From Sporopachydermia quercuum (taxonomy: Eukaryota), in contig BCGN01000006.1 of the NCBI GenBank assembly GCA_001599295.1, positions 744,001-807,999 of the forward strand: a stretch of DNA of 63,999 nt, read 5' to 3'. Shown here in pieces: positions 15,151 through 28,095 of the stretch. The notes beneath the pieces are model-generated. The model did no database searches and was not told where the DNA came from. It saw only the letters and a program-made list of their open reading frames with translations. Position 1 is the first letter of the stretch, and every line of letters starts with the position of its first letter. The translations under genes and the position numbers were made by a program.

Positions 15151-16845
15151 TTACATACCCATTGGCATTCCTCCGGGCATTCCGCCGGGCATTCCAGGCA
15201 TTCCACCGGGGCCTCCAGGTCCACCAGGTCCCCCAGCACCTTCTTTCAATGACGATCGACCGGCTTTCAATAGCTCATCACATAATAAAAGATTACAAGC
15301 AATAGATGTAGCAGAAGCAATAGAGTTCCTCAACACTCTATATGAATCATAAATACCTTCAATAGTAGGATCCATGGGTTCACCGGTACTTAAATCAACA
15401 CCTACAACATGCCCTTCTTGATATTCATCTTGACAAGCGGGAATAGTTTCTAGGGCGTCAAAACCTGCATTGACAGATAAGACTTTAGGAATAACAAGTA
15501 AAGCTTCAGCATAAGCAGCAACACCAGCTTTAAGTTTACCCTTGACTTTCTTACCAATGATTTCATGGGTTAAATGATGAGAAGCAGCGATTTGGAAAGC
15601 ACCAGCACCAGGAATAACACATTGATCAACTATGGTGTTAGATACTGATCTCAACCCATCTTTAACTGCATCTTTGATTTGAGCAATAGTATGTGAATTA
15701 GGTCCTTTAATTAATATAGTAACTGATTTTGGATCTTCAACTTCAGTAACATAAGTGAACTTTTCTTCACCGATAGTTTGTTCATAAACTAAACCTGCTT
15801 TACCTAACACCGCTGGTGATAAATCATCACAAGAGTTTTGAGCGGTTCCGCCACAGACAAGTTGTAATCTTTCCATATTACGTCGTTTAGCTCTTCTTAA
15901 TGCTAAAATTCCATTCTTTGCTAGAACGTCTAATGACATAGGATCAATACCCTTTTGGTTGATGATCACAAAGCCTTTGCTTGGATCATTTCCGCAAACT
16001 TCATTCTTTAAGTCGACGATTTGCTTTAGCTTGGCATCCACGAATTTGCGCTCTGAATCAGCGAGCTTCTCCCGTTGATCGGCTGAACTATAAAAAAAAC
16101 TAGAGTTCACTTCAGATTTCTCGTACTCTAAAGACACGTTTAGTGTCAAGATATAAGCATTTTCCACTCGTTTTGGCATATCAGGATGTCGAGCACCATG
16201 ATCTAATACTAAACCACGAACCAACTCAGTCTCAGTAGCTGCTAGATGCTGCATAGTCATAATTTCAACCATATGAAGGTCAACTCTTGTTTCTGATGGC
16301 TCTTTGATAGCTAGTACGGCATCTGTAACAACAGGTGTCAATACTTCAGTTAAAGCGTTCGTTACTTTAGTTGATAATGAGCTCCTAGCAACTGCTAAAA
16401 GCAATTCTCGATCTATTGTTTCTTTCAATTTAAAAGAGTTGAGAAATTCTAATGTTTCTTGTTTAGCTATTTCATACCCATCAACAACAACACGTGGATG
16501 TAATCCTTCACTTATATATCTGTCTGCTTGTTTGAGTAGTTCACCAACGAAGATACACACCGAAGTAGTGCCATCACCAGTTATTTCATCTTGAGCGCTG
16601 GCAGCTCTAGCAATCATCACTGCAGTTGGATTTTGAATTTGCATCTCAGATAATAGCACTTTACCATCTTTTGTAAGCTTAATATTACCTGATCCATCAA
16701 CAAGCATTTTGATAGTTCCTTTAGGCCCTAAATTGCTAGCTAACACGCTTTGTAATCCTTGAGCTGCTGTGATGTTCACATTCAGGGCTTGAGCCCTACG
16801 AATGCTTTCGGCTTTTGGGTTGAGAAATTGAACTGCGGAGGACAT
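15151..16845 (-). CDS. CCT6: Chaperonin CCT/TRiC subunit zeta (564 aa)
   Basis: First ATG at 16845 ([14 protein letters not shown]); [30 protein letters not shown] and [14 protein letters not shown] are CCT6 motifs; Gly/Pro/Met tail. Confidence 0.97.
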   Translation of the reverse strand: MSSAVQFLNPKAESIRRAQALNVNITAAQGLQSVLASNLGPKGTIKMLVDGSGNIKLTKDGKVLLSEMQIQNPTAVMIARAASAQDEITGDGTTSVCIFVGELLKQADRYISEGLHPRVVVDGYEIAKQETLEFLNSFKLKETIDRELLLAVARSSLSTKVTNALTEVLTPVVTDAVLAIKEPSETRVDLHMVEIMTMQHLAATETELVRGLVLDHGARHPDMPKRVENAYILTLNVSLEYEKSEVNSSFFYSSADQREKLADSERKFVDAKLKQIVDLKNEVCGNDPSKGFVIINQKGIDPMSLDVLAKNGILALRRAKRRNMERLQLVCGGTAQNSCDDLSPAVLGKAGLVYEQTIGEEKFTYVTEVEDPKSVTILIKGPNSHTIAQIKDAVKDGLRSVSNTIVDQCVIPGAGAFQIAASHHLTHEIIGKKVKGKLKAGVAAYAEALLVIPKVLSVNAGFDALETIPACQDEYQEGHVVGVDLSTGEPMDPTIEGIYDSYRVLRNSIASATSIACNLLLCDELLKAGRSSLKEGAGGPGGPGGPGGMPGMPGGMPGGMPMGM

Positions 16846-17856
16846 TTTCCTTAAATTTATAAACTCCCAGATTGTTTCCACTTACTTACAAAGTTAGAGA
16901 TGGTCAATTAAGTCCTCGAATAACTTAATCTGTCGATTGGTCTAAAGAGTACTATTGATGATCTTTTGTACAGTATTGATAATTGATTCTTGCTGGTTTT
17001 TGCCATTGTGGTAGATTTTTCGCGTGTCAAGTGCATTATGGTTACCCGGATGAATAGTTTCAGTCTCCCGAAAGTTCGTTGCGAGTTGGAATAGTATGAG
17101 GGGGTTACTGGAGATTGGGATGAACAATAAGTATATAATTGAAGAACTTGATGAGGCAGAAAAGATATCAATAACTTATCGGGATAAGGAGAATTAAGGG
17201 TTTTTTGGTATATATTTGGTTTGAAGATTTAGGTAAGAGAACCCTAATAGTGGGTTTTTAGTATGGAAATTAGGCAAGATAGCCGTGTTCTGGAAGATAT
17301 GGAATGGAAACTTAAATTACTTGGGTTTGAAAAAGAGCAAACTACAGATAGCACGGAATAATCGACAATGAATGAATCCAAAATTTAGATTATGATAATG
17401 GGAGTTTTAAATACTTAATACAAGCAAGTTCTAATAAATATTTATATCTACTAGTGCTTATTTACTTTCGTATATTGATGTCGTCATACTGTCGTGTATT
17501 TATTTCCAGGCAGACGAACCATTCTACCATATTAAGTTTATCTGATTACGTGATGTTTGGTTATTCAACTTAGGATCAATGATCTGCTTCAAATAACTAT
17601 GATAGACAGTTTTGTCTGTTATCTTGATTTACTACATTTTCACACTGGCTTTATTTCACTTCTGTATAGTTTAACTCTAATTTCAAGTTTTGAATCTTCA
17701 GGAACACAGCTGTTCTAGTTTCAGCATATACACCATTTATGCATAGAAAATGTTTATTGATATGAACAGGCGTAAAAATGTAACAAAACAATAGAAAAGA
17801 TGACATGAACAAGAAAAAGATAAAAGGATCGAGAACTAAGTAACCCTTATTAGATA

Positions 17857-18633
17857 TCAATTACCCCTAATCCAGCCTGCAAGTCTGGAAAGCCATCCTT
17901 TGGTATCCTCTGCGGCCTTATCAACATCACCTCTTGCAGCATCAACACTATTGGCAGTTCTGTAACGGGCATCATCAATTGATTCATTAGCATTTTGCTT
18001 ANTATTTTCCCAATTCTGTCTAGCGGTATCACGAGCTTGTTGAGCTCTTGCATCNACTTGGTTTTTGGTGTCTTCAGCAGATTTTTTTAACCCCAGCCAG
18101 TTTCTTTCTGCCTTGTCATGCACTTCGTCTGCCTTTCTGCTAGCATCGTCACGTGCATCTTGAGCAGATTGCTTAATTCCTAACCAGTTTCTATGAGCAG
18201 TATCCTGAGCTTGTTCGATATTATTGTCCGCATGATCTTTTGCTTCAGCAGCTTCCTGTTTGAGATTCACCCAACTTTCTTCAGCACGGTCACCAAATTC
18301 TTGTACTTGTTTTTTAGCGTATCCTGCTCCTTCGTCAATTTTTCTTCCTGCCCATTCTGCGTTCTTCTTATTGTGCTCTTCTATAGGATCTGGTCCTCGA
18401 AATGGCTTTGCTATTGTGCTTTTAACGGAGTTATAGTTCTCCTTAACTGTCTGTCCAAGTTCATCAGCTGCACGTGAAGCTCTAGCGCTGAGTTTCTTTG
18501 CCTCTTGTTCTGTTTCCCATCTAGCACGATCAACAGTCCATTGTCGCTTCATGTATACATAAGTGACACCAGATCCTGCTGCTGCACCAACCAACATTGG
18601 TACCAATTGAGGATTTCTACTTAATGGGGCCAT
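17857..18633 (-). CDS. N-terminally anchored hydrophilic helical-repeat (LEA-like) protein, probable Om45-like mitochondrial outer-membrane protein (258 aa)
   Basis: ATG at 18633; one short hydrophobic segment (LVPMLVGAAAGSGVTYVYM) followed by KR, then A/D/E/K/Q/R-rich helical 29-aa repeats and a Trp-containing C-terminus. Lies next to MKS1 and MLF3/VHS2, where OM45 lies in the ancestral block (recalled synteny). Sequence similarity to Om45 not verified. Confidence 0.75.
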   Translation of the reverse strand: MAPLSRNPQLVPMLVGAAAGSGVTYVYMKRQWTVDRARWETEQEAKKLSARASRAADELGQTVKENYNSVKSTIAKPFRGPDPIEEHNKKNAEWAGRKIDEGAGYAKKQVQEFGDRAEESWVNLKQEAAEAKDHADNNIEQAQDTAHRNWLGIKQSAQDARDDASRKADEVHDKAERNWLGLKKSAEDTKNQXDARAQQARDTARQNWENXKQNANESIDDARYRTANSVDAARGDVDKAAEDTKGWLSRLAGWIRGN

Positions 18634-18902
18634 TGTATTCAAGAGATGAAGATGTCAGTGATTGAAACTATAATGATAAAATATCGGAAACTATTACGAC
18701 TTTAAACAAGAAAATGTCGGAAATAATTTGAACGTCTAGTTTGCTCTCTGCTGTTTTTACTGATTGATTCCTCCTATCAAGTGCAAAAAAGGTTCTGATT
18801 TAATAATATTGTATAATTGAATATAAAACAATTTATGAAATAATTCTGTAATAGATAGAAGAAGGTCGCAGTTCAGTTTTCTTTTAACTGCTGATGAAAG
18901 CT

Positions 18903-19163
18903 TTTATATATTTGTTCAATGCAATTAACAATTAGCTAATGATGATGGCCATTGGTAATTCCACCTTAAGTCCAATTACGTCACAAGTGGTAATGGGTAA
19001 TACGCCTAAATAGGTGTAGGGGAGCCATTTATCTCAGTACATGAACGTGAATATGTGGAATTCAACAATGAATCAATGAGCTGGATTGAAGAATATATGG
19101 CAATTGTTAACTTAATTACTATGTAATATTCCTGAAGGAGTAAACGGAAGTCAGTCAGAGGGG
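18903..19163 (-). promoter_or_regulatory. Stress-type promoter elements upstream of the LEA/Om45-like gene
   Basis: TATATAAA on the minus strand at 18903-18910, CRE TTACGTCA at 18976-18983, STRE AGGGG at 19018-19022 and 19159-19163. Short motifs; function inferred. Confidence 0.45.
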
Positions 19164-20874
19164 AACCGGCCATTGAAAAATGGAGAATGGAATGTAGATA
19201 GTTTGTAAAGTTCACTTATGGTTTTATCAAACTTGGTGTTACTATGACGTGTGTTACAATTATTTCCACAATTAAATGGAGTATATGATAAGGTGGAGGA
19301 GAAGCTTACACCTGGTTTGAAAGGAGCAATATTTCTGACACGAAGGTAAGCGGTAAGCGAGTGAGCAAGCGATAGAAGGAGGTCTGATAGATGATATAGG
19401 ATCTAGGACGTTTAGATTTATGTCACCGTAAATTGATCATTTCATGGAACGTAAGTGAAAACAAATAGTACAATTAATACGATGAATATTGGATTAGTTC
19501 AGACTATGTATCATCAACCAATAGTTTATGGAACGGAAGATCTACTTAATGATGACAATATCTAAACCAAAGCTGAGTTCAACAGGAATTACTACTATAC
19601 TTTTACTTCCGTTGAATATAGGATAACAACTATGCAAAGAGATTTACTGAAGTCACAATCTTGGTTTCATACTACTCGGCTTGCTAGCAATACTTTGTTT
19701 CATTCGAAATCAATTGAATACTACTAACATTATATTCTCTTTAGTATGATAGAGGAAATATATACGCCTACTAGAATAATCTTTGGATACAACAGCATTT
19801 GTATTCAACCCTGAAGCTAGTTCTGTGTTAAAAGTTACTAGGAACAGTCAAGCAGTTACAATAGATTAACTTTTTGAAGACAGATCCAGGTGATCATTGG
19901 GGCAATTGATCTAACTTGATTTGGATCAAGTTTCATAGTCATCTGGAACTCGTTGTTGTTAGAATGAATTCTTTCCCTTGAATAATGCATAAATCTTGCA
20001 TCAGGTTGCACAAGTCATACATATGCATTGTAACATAAAGCTCCACACACTTCACCCTGAACTAAGGTTATTGATTTCCCAATATGGTTTTTTTGCTAAT
20101 TAATTTTGGTAATGATCACCCATCAAAGGTTTCATTACGTCATAACTTCAAAGTTTGTTCAGCTTTACCTGCGTCGATTTCACATTACAGTGCAGAAATT
20201 GACACTTACCCTTGACGCGGAAACATGTATTCTGGTATTCTGTAGTTACTGTCTTTCATGTTTTTCGTGTTTTCAATTGATGAATAAGAGTGAAAATATT
20301 CAATGATAAATAAATGAAGAGTGCTCAATTCAGTATCTTACTACTAATTATGTTATGTTTATATAACGAATATACTTTTGTTTCGCGTATAATCAACAAC
20401 ATCCATAAGCAATTTTATGTCGTCTTATGGAAATCAAAATTGTCATCAACATCTCCCAACAGAAGCAGATAAGATAGCATTAAATATCNTGAACATTTAC
20501 AATTTCTACAGCCACTAATCAAAATCATGAATTATCTTGATAGGTGTATTAATGTATTAATTGATTATGAAATTCTTGATAACCGAAATCGAAATTGTTA
20601 TTTCTAACTCTTTTTATATGTTCTCTCATCCTATTCAGTACGATTACTGAATAATAGTTCCCGCTCCTGTTTTATTTTCGTTACAATCTTGTTCTTAGGA
20701 TAATCAGGCTTATACTTTACTAAATCTTTCAGTGGAACTAAAAACCGTAATAACCCTTTAACAAACATAATATGAAACTTTACTACCAAACAGAAGCTCA
20801 TCTATAATAAGCCACACCCAGAACCTTTAATCATTCATTATCTATGTTACGAATCGAATTATAGATCTGATCAT

Positions 20875-23478
20875 TTAGTCTTTCGAACTAAACAGTAACG
20901 ATGAGCTCTTGAAACTTCGAACCCGCGATAACTTTCTGTCTAGTAATAACGATCTTCTCAAAGAGGTGCTAAGATCATCTTTATCCTTATCCTTGTTATT
21001 CTCGCTGGCAACTAATTTACTAACATCAGGAACAAACATATGGGTGGTCAATGCTGTAGGTAAAATATTGGTTGCATATGATGGAACTGATAGTTTTGAC
21101 AATGTTGGTTTCAATGGTTGAATTGGAGGTTGAGTAACTGGTAAAAACGAAGGTGATGCTCCCTCATTATTTGAACTTAAGCTTGCATTATCAGACTTAT
21201 CCAATTTCTTATTAGTGTTTGACAAGTTGGCTAAAGGCGAAGCTTTCGTCAATGATCGATGATGACCTGGTTGCAATAACGAACTTAGGTTAGACTTTCT
21301 TTCAGAAATCCTTGGTTGAGTTTTATCAAAGGTCAAATATTCAGAATCAGATTCAGAATCGGATAAAGACGACCATTCAGAATCCGAGTCAGAACCAGAG
21401 TCCTCGATTATTGTTGAAGTATCTATTGGTTTCCTAAACTTCACACTTTCTGGACCTGGCGATGGTGAGGCAATAAAAAACATAGAGTTTTTTTGTTTCC
21501 GTTGCATTACAGCTTCAGAACTATTTTTCCTGGTGCCAAGCGAAAGACTAGGTGGTTTATAAGGTGAGGTTTCAATGTTATTATTTGTAGTAGCATCAGT
21601 TAAAGAAGACGACGTTGACTCTGGAATTGGTGAAGGGGACACAAAGGTCAAAGATTTCTGTCGGGAATGCTTAAGGTCTTGCTTCATTTCTTCTAAAGTA
21701 GTTTGAGAAGGAGTGAAACCATGAAGGATTGAAGTATTGGATCTACGTAAAACAGGCCTTGAACCACTGCCTATTTGGGTACCATTAGCATTTTCTCCGT
21801 CGATACCTTCCACTTTGTCCTTGTCATCTTTGAATCTATCATCCATAGCACCCAGAAAAGCAAATTGAGGTGTTGGCTGTTCATACAAAATCCCATCATA
21901 AAGTGATGATAAATTAGTCATTGATTTAGTTTTCCCTTTCTTTTTCCTTGGAGCTTGGCTATTATTCACAGCATTCGTGGTAGGTAGGATAGAAAATCTA
22001 CTGGAGGAAATAATACTAGGATTAGATGTTGAAGGTTTCACGTCCGTATTACTCTGTGCAGATAATGGACTTAACGGGGCAGGAGGATTTGCTGTTGTCA
22101 TTAATAGTGAGCTTAAGGCATTCAACCGACCCTTGGAGCTGTTTCTTTTCAGCGGTCTTGGTTTTCGCTGTTGACGAAATAAAGCTGTTTGAGATTTATG
22201 GCCCCTGTTTAAAATTTCGGGTTGTGATTTCTGTCTCCCTCGAATTACACTTTGTTTGTTCTGGACAGCACCTGGTCCAGCGATAGTTAAAGGTGAATCT
22301 GGTTCNTTTTCTACCTCATTTTCTGACCCGTATGAGTTTTCAATGGAGAAATCTTCCTTTGTTTTCGTAATAGTTGAAGGTTCAGTTGATTTACCTTCTT
22401 TCTTCGGTATCATTTCTGAATTAACAATATGTGTTACTGGTGGCTTTTTAGTACTGTTACTATTATTGACGCTATTGGTTTCTCTGGCAGAAGGTGGTAT
22501 TCTCGTTTGAGATAATCTTGTTATGGGTTTTTCGGCCGACCATGAATTCGATGCCGAGCCCATTGCTTTGATTGTTGTTGTGGATGAGTATCTAGATGGG
22601 AGCGAAGGAGTTGAACTTACTTTCTCAGGTTTTGGCTTCATTTCTAAACAAAGATTTAGAGGAGATTTATCAGCGATCACATTCAACAACGCCTGAAGTT
22701 TTTCTGTGGAGATAGCATGTTGATGTTTACTTCGATGACTTGTACGTCGTTGAAAATGTGGTAGATAGGCTTGATCCCATGTCACATTTGTTGAACCCTT
22801 TAGAAATGAACTCGCTTCTATATTCTTGCCACTATTCTGTTGTAAAGATTCCGTAGTTACTGTATTTGCATTTGAAGTTTTTGGTTTAGCAGGGAAGTTA
22901 AATTCTAATGGGTTTGAAGATCCATCAGACGACATAGAATAGTTTGAAGGTCCATAAGCAGTGTTGTTGTCCTCGGTGGATATTTTCTTGAGATTAGATG
23001 ATGTTAGTTTGAAATCAGGTGGTGATGGTGAAAACTCTAAGCTTGGAACCCGTTGATTAATGTGTACACTTTGTTGGTTTGCGCTTATAGGTTGAGGGCT
23101 TCTATGTGATTTATGTTGGTCGTTGTTTTCATCTTCTGAAATTAATAGCTTTTCAGTATTTGATAATAATGAATCAACATCATGGACATAATTAGATTCC
23201 GTGTTATTTGGAGATTGTTGTACCTGACATTTGCTTATAAATTCTGGATTTATTAAACGCCAACTCAGGTTTTCCAGTCGCTTACCATTCTCAACATAAT
23301 TAGCGCATTTAGTGAATACTGACCACATTGATATCAGATCAGGGAAAGGATTATTTGAATGAATAAATAATAAATCATTTTGCAATTTGTCAATAGACTC
23401 AGGTGCTGGTGATATACTTATAGAAAGTAATGGTGGCATTTCAGATCCTGTGAGAGGATCACTAATGATAGGCGCCAT
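20875..23478 (-). CDS. MKS1: Mks1-like negative regulator of retrograde/nitrogen signalling (867 aa)
   Basis: DUF1752 motif (KCANYVENGKRLENLSWRL); blocks matching Mks1 as I recall them: SILHGF, DSDSEWSSLS, RKSNLSSLL, NILPTALTTHMF. Syntenic with IMP4/MSK1/RNH201/LAT1. Confidence 0.85.
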   Translation of the reverse strand: MAPIISDPLTGSEMPPLLSISISPAPESIDKLQNDLLFIHSNNPFPDLISMWSVFTKCANYVENGKRLENLSWRLINPEFISKCQVQQSPNNTESNYVHDVDSLLSNTEKLLISEDENNDQHKSHRSPQPISANQQSVHINQRVPSLEFSPSPPDFKLTSSNLKKISTEDNNTAYGPSNYSMSSDGSSNPLEFNFPAKPKTSNANTVTTESLQQNSGKNIEASSFLKGSTNVTWDQAYLPHFQRRTSHRSKHQHAISTEKLQALLNVIADKSPLNLCLEMKPKPEKVSSTPSLPSRYSSTTTIKAMGSASNSWSAEKPITRLSQTRIPPSARETNSVNNSNSTKKPPVTHIVNSEMIPKKEGKSTEPSTITKTKEDFSIENSYGSENEVEXEPDSPLTIAGPGAVQNKQSVIRGRQKSQPEILNRGHKSQTALFRQQRKPRPLKRNSSKGRLNALSSLLMTTANPPAPLSPLSAQSNTDVKPSTSNPSIISSSRFSILPTTNAVNNSQAPRKKKGKTKSMTNLSSLYDGILYEQPTPQFAFLGAMDDRFKDDKDKVEGIDGENANGTQIGSGSRPVLRRSNTSILHGFTPSQTTLEEMKQDLKHSRQKSLTFVSPSPIPESTSSSLTDATTNNNIETSPYKPPSLSLGTRKNSSEAVMQRKQKNSMFFIASPSPGPESVKFRKPIDTSTIIEDSGSDSDSEWSSLSDSESDSEYLTFDKTQPRISERKSNLSSLLQPGHHRSLTKASPLANLSNTNKKLDKSDNASLSSNNEGASPSFLPVTQPPIQPLKPTLSKLSVPSYATNILPTALTTHMFVPDVSKLVASENNKDKDKDDLSTSLRRSLLLDRKLSRVRSFKSSSLLFSSKD

Positions 23479-26400
23479 TAATCGTCTATGCTATCAATTA
23501 GTTTGATAGCTTATGTTTCCTTGCGATCTACTTCTTGAATATAGATTCCTGATCTCAATGATTATGAAATTTATATTGAAAATCAGAGATTACTTCCTTC
23601 AGTTTTCATATTGCTATTCTGATAAGTATAACACAGATGTAAGTGTTCTGGTTGTTGTAGTTGATATGAGTAGCTATAGTACTATTTTTGATTATACGGA
23701 GAATGAGCAGTTCAAAAGCGCGGTCGCCGTATTCTATTTTCAAGTAAAATGAGATTCCTCTGTTGAAAGAAAATATATTGACGTGTTGGTATTTAATCTT
23801 TTGTTTATTTTATCCAGCTACTGCTATGATATTGTTTCCTGTTCTATATATATTTCGTTTGATAGCACAGAGCAAGTATAGATTCTATCGGTCTCTCAAC
23901 CTTTCACCAATAATAGTGGAACCCAACCCAATGAGATAGAATATATTCCGTCTCAAGTGTTACCTTCGTACAATTTTGTTGGACAATCAAAACTTTTGAA
24001 CCGGCGGATGCTATTATGTTCACTTTTATTTCTTCTTTATCTTTTGCAAACTTCTATTCTATGGTGCAAATATCTATCCAATCAAATGAACTTTCTTCCA
24101 TAAACAGCTAAGCATCAATCAATCAATCAGTTTCACTTGTAAATCCCTNTTCGTTAGCATGGATCAACTACACTGGTATTGATCTTCTGCTTTTTGATTA
24201 TAATTTTTTCTCAAAATAACAAAAAGTTTCTCGTTCAATTCAGTATAACTACATCCCTCTACTATATATTATTGCATATTTCCAGAAAGATGAATACATC
24301 TATCACACAGTAAATAGCCTCTCGTTCATACAAAATGAGGTTTCACTTTGTTAAACACACACAATCACACTCTCCATAGGGGCAACTCTTTCGGGAACAA
24401 AAATTTTCCCGCAAAGAAAGTTTGGCTTACTCCACAATTTTGTTCTGCCGATCTCTTGAGTCTCACTATGATAATCTGGGGTTTGGGGGTAAGTCTTGTG
24501 ATGTCACGTGGACGTGATGGGTGTTGTCAGGGTGGTTACATTGATGGTTAGTTAATGCTTGGAAGGAGAGTGGAGTGATTTATGATAATTCTAAAGATAT
24601 CAGGATATATAGCAATGAGAGATATGCTTTTCTTCCACATAGTGGTAAAAGAATTTAGGTCGTAAGATAGACGGAGAGAATTCGTTATAACATTTGCGAG
24701 ATGACAGATAGCCACTGATGGAAGAGATAATCCATAAGTTTATCATAAAAAGCCTGCATGAAATTTCTCATGACCCTACCCTGGCAAAATCCATATGTAT
24801 CATATTTTCTTCTAGATTATTAGCTTTGCCCATCGGAGTTTTATTTATGTCTAAAGGTTGATTCCCTATCTAGCACAATATTTCTCATATGGACTAAAAC
24901 TTGCTATTATATTATCACGTCATCAGTAGTACAACAATTCAAAGATATTCAAGACCGAGGGCAACAAGTAAGATAAATGACCATGAAAGTAACTTTTGCA
25001 GCCGTTTAAACTTTAAAAAGGAACTCTCAACAAATATTATTCAACTGAATACACTTTTTTGATATCGAAATAATAATACTGGTACGTTTTGCTCTATCGA
25101 TAGAAAACAAAACAGAAATGAAATGAAAAGTATAATTTGTGTTATTCGAAATGCATTCGATCAAATAACAACAATAAAAAGAGAAAATATAACAATAACT
25201 GAAAGAAGGGAACCACCCATTTCTTTTGAATAACCAACCAGATTACCTTACTTTGAAAGTTAACGCCCTAAGCTAAATCCACGAAACCTATTCGAAGCAC
25301 CTCGCTCCTGTCACTGACTGTGTAATTGAGTTATTTTTTTGTTGTTCACTGCCAGGTTGAGATTACCACCGATATTGCCGTTGATGCATAGTATTGTTTG
25401 ATTCTGATACTAGAATGCGAACTAACCCTACCAAAGTAATGTATTTATGCATACCAATACATTTATTTGCATCATCATATAGGTACTTTTCTTCGTTGTC
25501 CCATATTAGGAGAGAAATAAACTATGCATCTTGATGCATTAAATCCACAGCCACCTCTAAAAATACTCAACCTTATACTTCAGTGCTAGTAAANAGAGCA
25601 ACAAGAAGTTGTTTGAAGAGCCCTGTCCCGTTATAATAAAATCTGTAGCCCCTTGTTCCCTTTAGTTATCGTTATTGCTTTGTCCCTGGTTTCGTATCAA
25701 CATCAAAATAAAATGATTAATTTTTCGATCCTGTAAGTTTCAACAAGAAATATGATGTTCGCTTTTTGGCTCGTGTCCTCTTGAATCATTCACGCCTTCC
25801 TCATTGACAAAGATCACTAACTCTGGAAATCACCTACAAGAATCATAGCAATTTCTCACCACAAAAATTTCAAATTAAACTTTCTCTTAAATTAAACTCT
25901 GGTCTATTACTTGAATTTATTCAAAACCTTAATTATGAAGTCACATGTACAAGGTTCTTTTTAAATCCACAAACATCCAAATTTCCAAAACGCTAGTAGC
26001 TAATTGATTAATGTATGAAAGTTGCTTCATTTTCGATTTATCTTTTTCTAATAAGAATTACTTGAAAGATGCTCTCTTTTACTGTTTACTGATATTGCTT
26101 ATTTATGTTTGGAATCATTTATTCAAACGTGAAAGAAGTTGAAAAAAGGTGAAAACTACTTCGATTAGTTTGGAAATAGTTGGCTCGAGGTGTGAAGTAA
26201 CATTGTGATAGAGTGGAAGTATAGTGTATAATACAATACATAGTTGATATTGGCATTATTGATTAGTGAAAGGAAGTCACCGCAAAGCATTATAAATCTG
26301 CTTGCAATATCAATCAAGTGAATCATCATAGCATTGTATTGTTTACTACTTTCTATAGTAGTTTAGGTTAATTGTTTTATTGTGGACACCTGGAAAAGGA

Positions 26401-26742
26401 CTGGATTTAAGAGCATTTTCTGGTCAGTTTAATCGGTTTGGAAGTAAGCCTTTCTACGTTAGAAATCGATTGTCTGGATACAAAGTAACTAATCGTATAT
26501 TATATTTTAATCTCGTACCTGAGATTCAAACACTGGAGCTATTTGCTGATCGTTTCTAAAGAAGGGAACATAAGGTATCAGCTTCTAGTATCTGAGTTAC
26601 ATAAAGGTCAAATAGTGGTATATGATCGGGCACAGTTTCTTGGATTGTATTCGACTGTATCGTATTGCTACTTCTGTTTATCATCATCACTATCAATAAT
26701 TTGGAAGTTGTTACCTGATAAAAGAATCTGAGAAGTTAAGTT

Positions 26743-28095
26743 ATGGCTAACGAAGAAAAAGTCAAGAAGAACTCCAAGTTGAGTCTCTTGTCGAAGTCCT
26801 TGGCAAAACCATTCTCCCAGTCAAGTTCCTCGGTGAACCTAGTGGAAAATAAAAGGAACCCTACTTTACCTAATAGAACATCTTCTTCATCGAATTTCGT
26901 TGGTGGTAATGTTAGTACGAAGTCTGCTTGGCAAGAATGTGATCCTTTATTCAAACCAAGATCAAATACTTTAGACCGTTCAAGGAGACCAGATGTTAGT
27001 CCTATAATTGGGTCCGGTTCCGGCTCATCTGTATCTGCTGCTCGGTTAGGATCATTACCTATGGGCAATTCAACCAGTGAGAAGAACTACGTACCAGGAT
27101 ATCCTCCAGATTTCTCTCCACCAAATGCTACTGCAAAAGATGGTAGGGACCGTATGAGAAAATCATCCATAGTATCCGATCCTTTAGACCCAAAGTACTC
27201 AGCATCGATTGGAGCAGGTGCTCATTCAATAATATCAATCCCTTCATCACCATCTGCAGTATCTGCAACATCATCTAGTATGATATTTGAGAGAAACGTT
27301 CAAGATCCTTTTCAACCTATTCCTTCTTCGCTTCCAAATAGATCAGATTCCTTCTCTCAACAACAATCTACAACTGCTAGCTTAATATCATCAAACTCGA
27401 TTGCCTCAACTCTAGCTAATTCTGGTGTGCAATCCCCTTCTACAGGACAAGGACATCGTCCATCGTTTTCTTCTATTCCTTCGCATTATAGAAATGAGAA
27501 TTTTATTCCTTCTGTCTTAGATGCTTCAGCTCAAGTATTAACTGATTCTACCGCAAATCTGGATAATATTGATATTGTTTATCCAGAAAGAAGACCGTCA
27601 ACAATAAATCTGTCGTTAGCTCTTGGTAGACATCGAACTAACTCAGTTTCTATGGCTTCGCCAAACCCTGCTTCAACTACAATGTCCAGACAATCTTCAC
27701 TGTTTTCTAATACTTATCAAGACAATCAAGGAATGCCATCTCAAAGTCCCACTTCTCCCATAAAACCAGTATTATCTTTCTGCTCGTTTGCTGATGTTGT
27801 GTCTTCAGAAGCTGGTTCCAACACACCTCAAATGATGCGAGTTGGGTCTATGTCTTTGTCAAATAATCCGCTTACCCATACCATGTCTAACAGAAGTGCT
27901 ATCTCCAAATCCATCTCTAATTCTATTAATATGCCGAGTAAAAGACCTACGTTCACTGCTGGTTCGCCGTCTAACAGTTCTATAGCCTCAGAAGAGAATT
28001 TCCTGCTTAATGGCTCAATGCTTCAATCAGAAAGTGACCTAGTAGTGAGTTCGGTTAGTGACACTTTAAGGAAACACACTGGAGGAGTGTTTTAG
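26743..28095 (+). CDS. MLF3: Ser-rich Mlf3/Vhs2-family protein (450 aa)
   Basis: Blocks IFERNVQD, ENFIPSVLDAS..NLDNIDIVY..RRPS, VLSFCSFADV and C-terminal LVVSSVSDTLRK resemble Mlf3/Vhs2; convergent with IMP4, as MLF3 is in S. cerevisiae. Confidence 0.8.
   Translation: MANEEKVKKNSKLSLLSKSLAKPFSQSSSSVNLVENKRNPTLPNRTSSSSNFVGGNVSTKSAWQECDPLFKPRSNTLDRSRRPDVSPIIGSGSGSSVSAARLGSLPMGNSTSEKNYVPGYPPDFSPPNATAKDGRDRMRKSSIVSDPLDPKYSASIGAGAHSIISIPSSPSAVSATSSSMIFERNVQDPFQPIPSSLPNRSDSFSQQQSTTASLISSNSIASTLANSGVQSPSTGQGHRPSFSSIPSHYRNENFIPSVLDASAQVLTDSTANLDNIDIVYPERRPSTINLSLALGRHRTNSVSMASPNPASTTMSRQSSLFSNTYQDNQGMPSQSPTSPIKPVLSFCSFADVVSSEAGSNTPQMMRVGSMSLSNNPLTHTMSNRSAISKSISNSINMPSKRPTFTAGSPSNSSIASEENFLLNGSMLQSESDLVVSSVSDTLRKHTGGVF

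Noticed and set aside
15059..15352. Plus-strand ORF with collagen-like GPPGPP repeats
   Set aside because: It is the antisense reading of the CCT6 Gly/Pro/Met tail.
19900..19950. AACTTGAT-TTGG-ATCAAGTT hairpin resembling part of a fungal TPP riboswitch
   Set aside because: The CTGAGA and ATAAT..CCAGCG elements are missing and no thiamine gene is nearby.
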